The notes under the pieces are model-generated. The model searched no databases and was not told the DNA's origin. It saw only the letters and a program-made list of their open reading frames with translations. Shown one piece after another: positions 62,618 to 64,000 of a DNA stretch of 64,000 bases. The DNA lies in the NCBI RefSeq assembly GCF_009914755.1, contig NC_060925.1; one strand, 5' to 3'. The DNA comes from the human T2T-CHM13v2.0 reference genome, Homo sapiens. A program made the position numbers and the translations under genes. Numbering within the stretch: the stretch's first letter is position 1; the number at the start of each line of letters is the position of its first letter.

Positions 62618-63083
62618 TTTCACTCGTGTCCATGTGAAGAGACCACCAAATAGGCTTTGTGTGAGCAGTGAGCAACAAGGCTGTTTATTTCACCTGGGTG
62701 CAGGAGGGATGAGTCTGAAAAGAGTCAGCAAAGGGAGATAGAGGTGGGGTCGTTTTATAAGATTTGGGTAGGTAAAGGAAAATTACAGTCAAAAGGGGCT
62801 TGTTCTCTGGTGGGCAGGAGTTGGGGGGGTGGTCACAAGGTGCTCAGTGGGGGAGCTTTTTGAGCCAGGATGAGGAGAAGGAATTTCACAAGATAATGTC
62901 ATCAGTTAAGGCAAGGACCAGCCATTTTCACTTCTTTTGTGGTGGAATGTCATCAGTTAAGGCAGGAACAGGCCATTTAAATATCACTTCTTTTGTGATT
63001 CTTCAGTTACTTCAGGCCATCTGGATGTATAGGTGCAGGTCACAGGGGATATGATGGCTTAGGTTAGGCTCAGAGGCCTGACA
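62618..63083 (-). mobile_element. LTR7-family (LTR7B-like) HERV-H solo LTR
   Basis: Reverse complement tgtcaggcctctgagcc...gccttaactgatgacatt (twice)...gtggtctcttcacatggacacgagtgaaa; perfect TSD gaagc. Confidence 0.93.
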
Positions 63084-64000
63084 GAAGCCAATACATATAT
63101 TTAAGACAGAAAGAGAACAAAAGGGAATAGAAAGGAAGGGAAGGGAGAAGCGGGAGAGTTGGGTTATGTATTGGTTTGCATTTTTAAAAGAACACTGTGG
63201 CAGATTTGTAAAGAAAGAATTGAAGGGGAGCAAGAGTGTATTCTCCTCTTACTCATCTTGGCATTCCTAGCACTTTGGTAGCATATTTTAAGGAAGGTGC
63301 TATATAAATGTTTAGGGAAGGAAGAACGACAGTTAGGGTGGGGAGGAAAGACTAGAAGACTGAGGGAGGGGGACCAGAGGCTTCTCCAGAGGCACACACC
63401 ATAGAATAAACTTTTGTTTTTCTTTTCCATAGTGGGAGTTGTTGCTCTCTACAGTCAAGGACAGAAAATCACTTTGATGTGTGTCTTCCTTTCTTTGTGA
63501 AGAACCTCTTAAGTGGCTTCCTATAGTTGCTTACATTATGTAGTAGTGTTGGACCCATTGTCCTGCAGAAGGGTAAATCGTCCTGAAGCAGATATTCTTT
63601 GTGCAGTGACAAATCACTCACAGTCTCTTTTAGTTATATAAATGTAGGACAAATAGGCCCTTTATCCTGGGAGAAGTTGTAAAAGAATTTTTTTCCCTTT
63701 CTCTCTCACTTGTTCAGGGTCGAAACCTTCCCTTCTTTCACACGCAGATCTGCATGTAAGTGGAGGACCTGTTTGCCTGGAAGCCCAGTGCCCCCTAGGA
63801 GGGAAGGGATTAAAGTTCAAGTCCCTGATCCCTGAGGTTCTGAAGTAGCAGTATATGGTATTGTGGCATGGCCCAAGGTCTAGGCAATACAGTTCCCTTG
63901 AGGCTGGAAGCAACTGAACCAGACTGAATTCTCTTTAGGTCAGATGGGTCCACTGGGTGGCAAAGGTTGGCGTCTGTCCTGAACCCACCATGTTGGGCCA

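Overview
Primate (very likely human or great-ape) genomic DNA, intergenic or intronic. No protein-coding exon, RNA gene or CRISPR array can be supported; the ORF track is explained by Alu, L1, THE1-int and microsatellite read-through or by chance. About half the window is interspersed repeat: about 25 Alu-family copies (many with target-site duplications, TSDs), old L1M/HAL1, L2, L3 and MIR fragments, DNA transposons (MER1A/B, MER5, MER20, MER53, MER104), a full-length THE1B provirus and solo LTRs (MER68, MER34, MLT1, MST, LTR41, MLT2A, MER41A, LTR7B). Family names come from recalled consensus sequences, not a database search, so subfamily calls need Dfam/RepeatMasker confirmation. Most notable: (1) a 1.27-kb mosaic genomic segment inserted into an L1 ORF2 between AAATG direct repeats, containing a template-switch-like palindrome; (2) a probable ancient RTE-clade LINE remnant; (3) a cluster of CTCF-like motifs; (4) several repeat-free motif clusters that look like enhancers or promoters; (5) early-embryo-type LTRs. 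I found no evidence for a new gene system.
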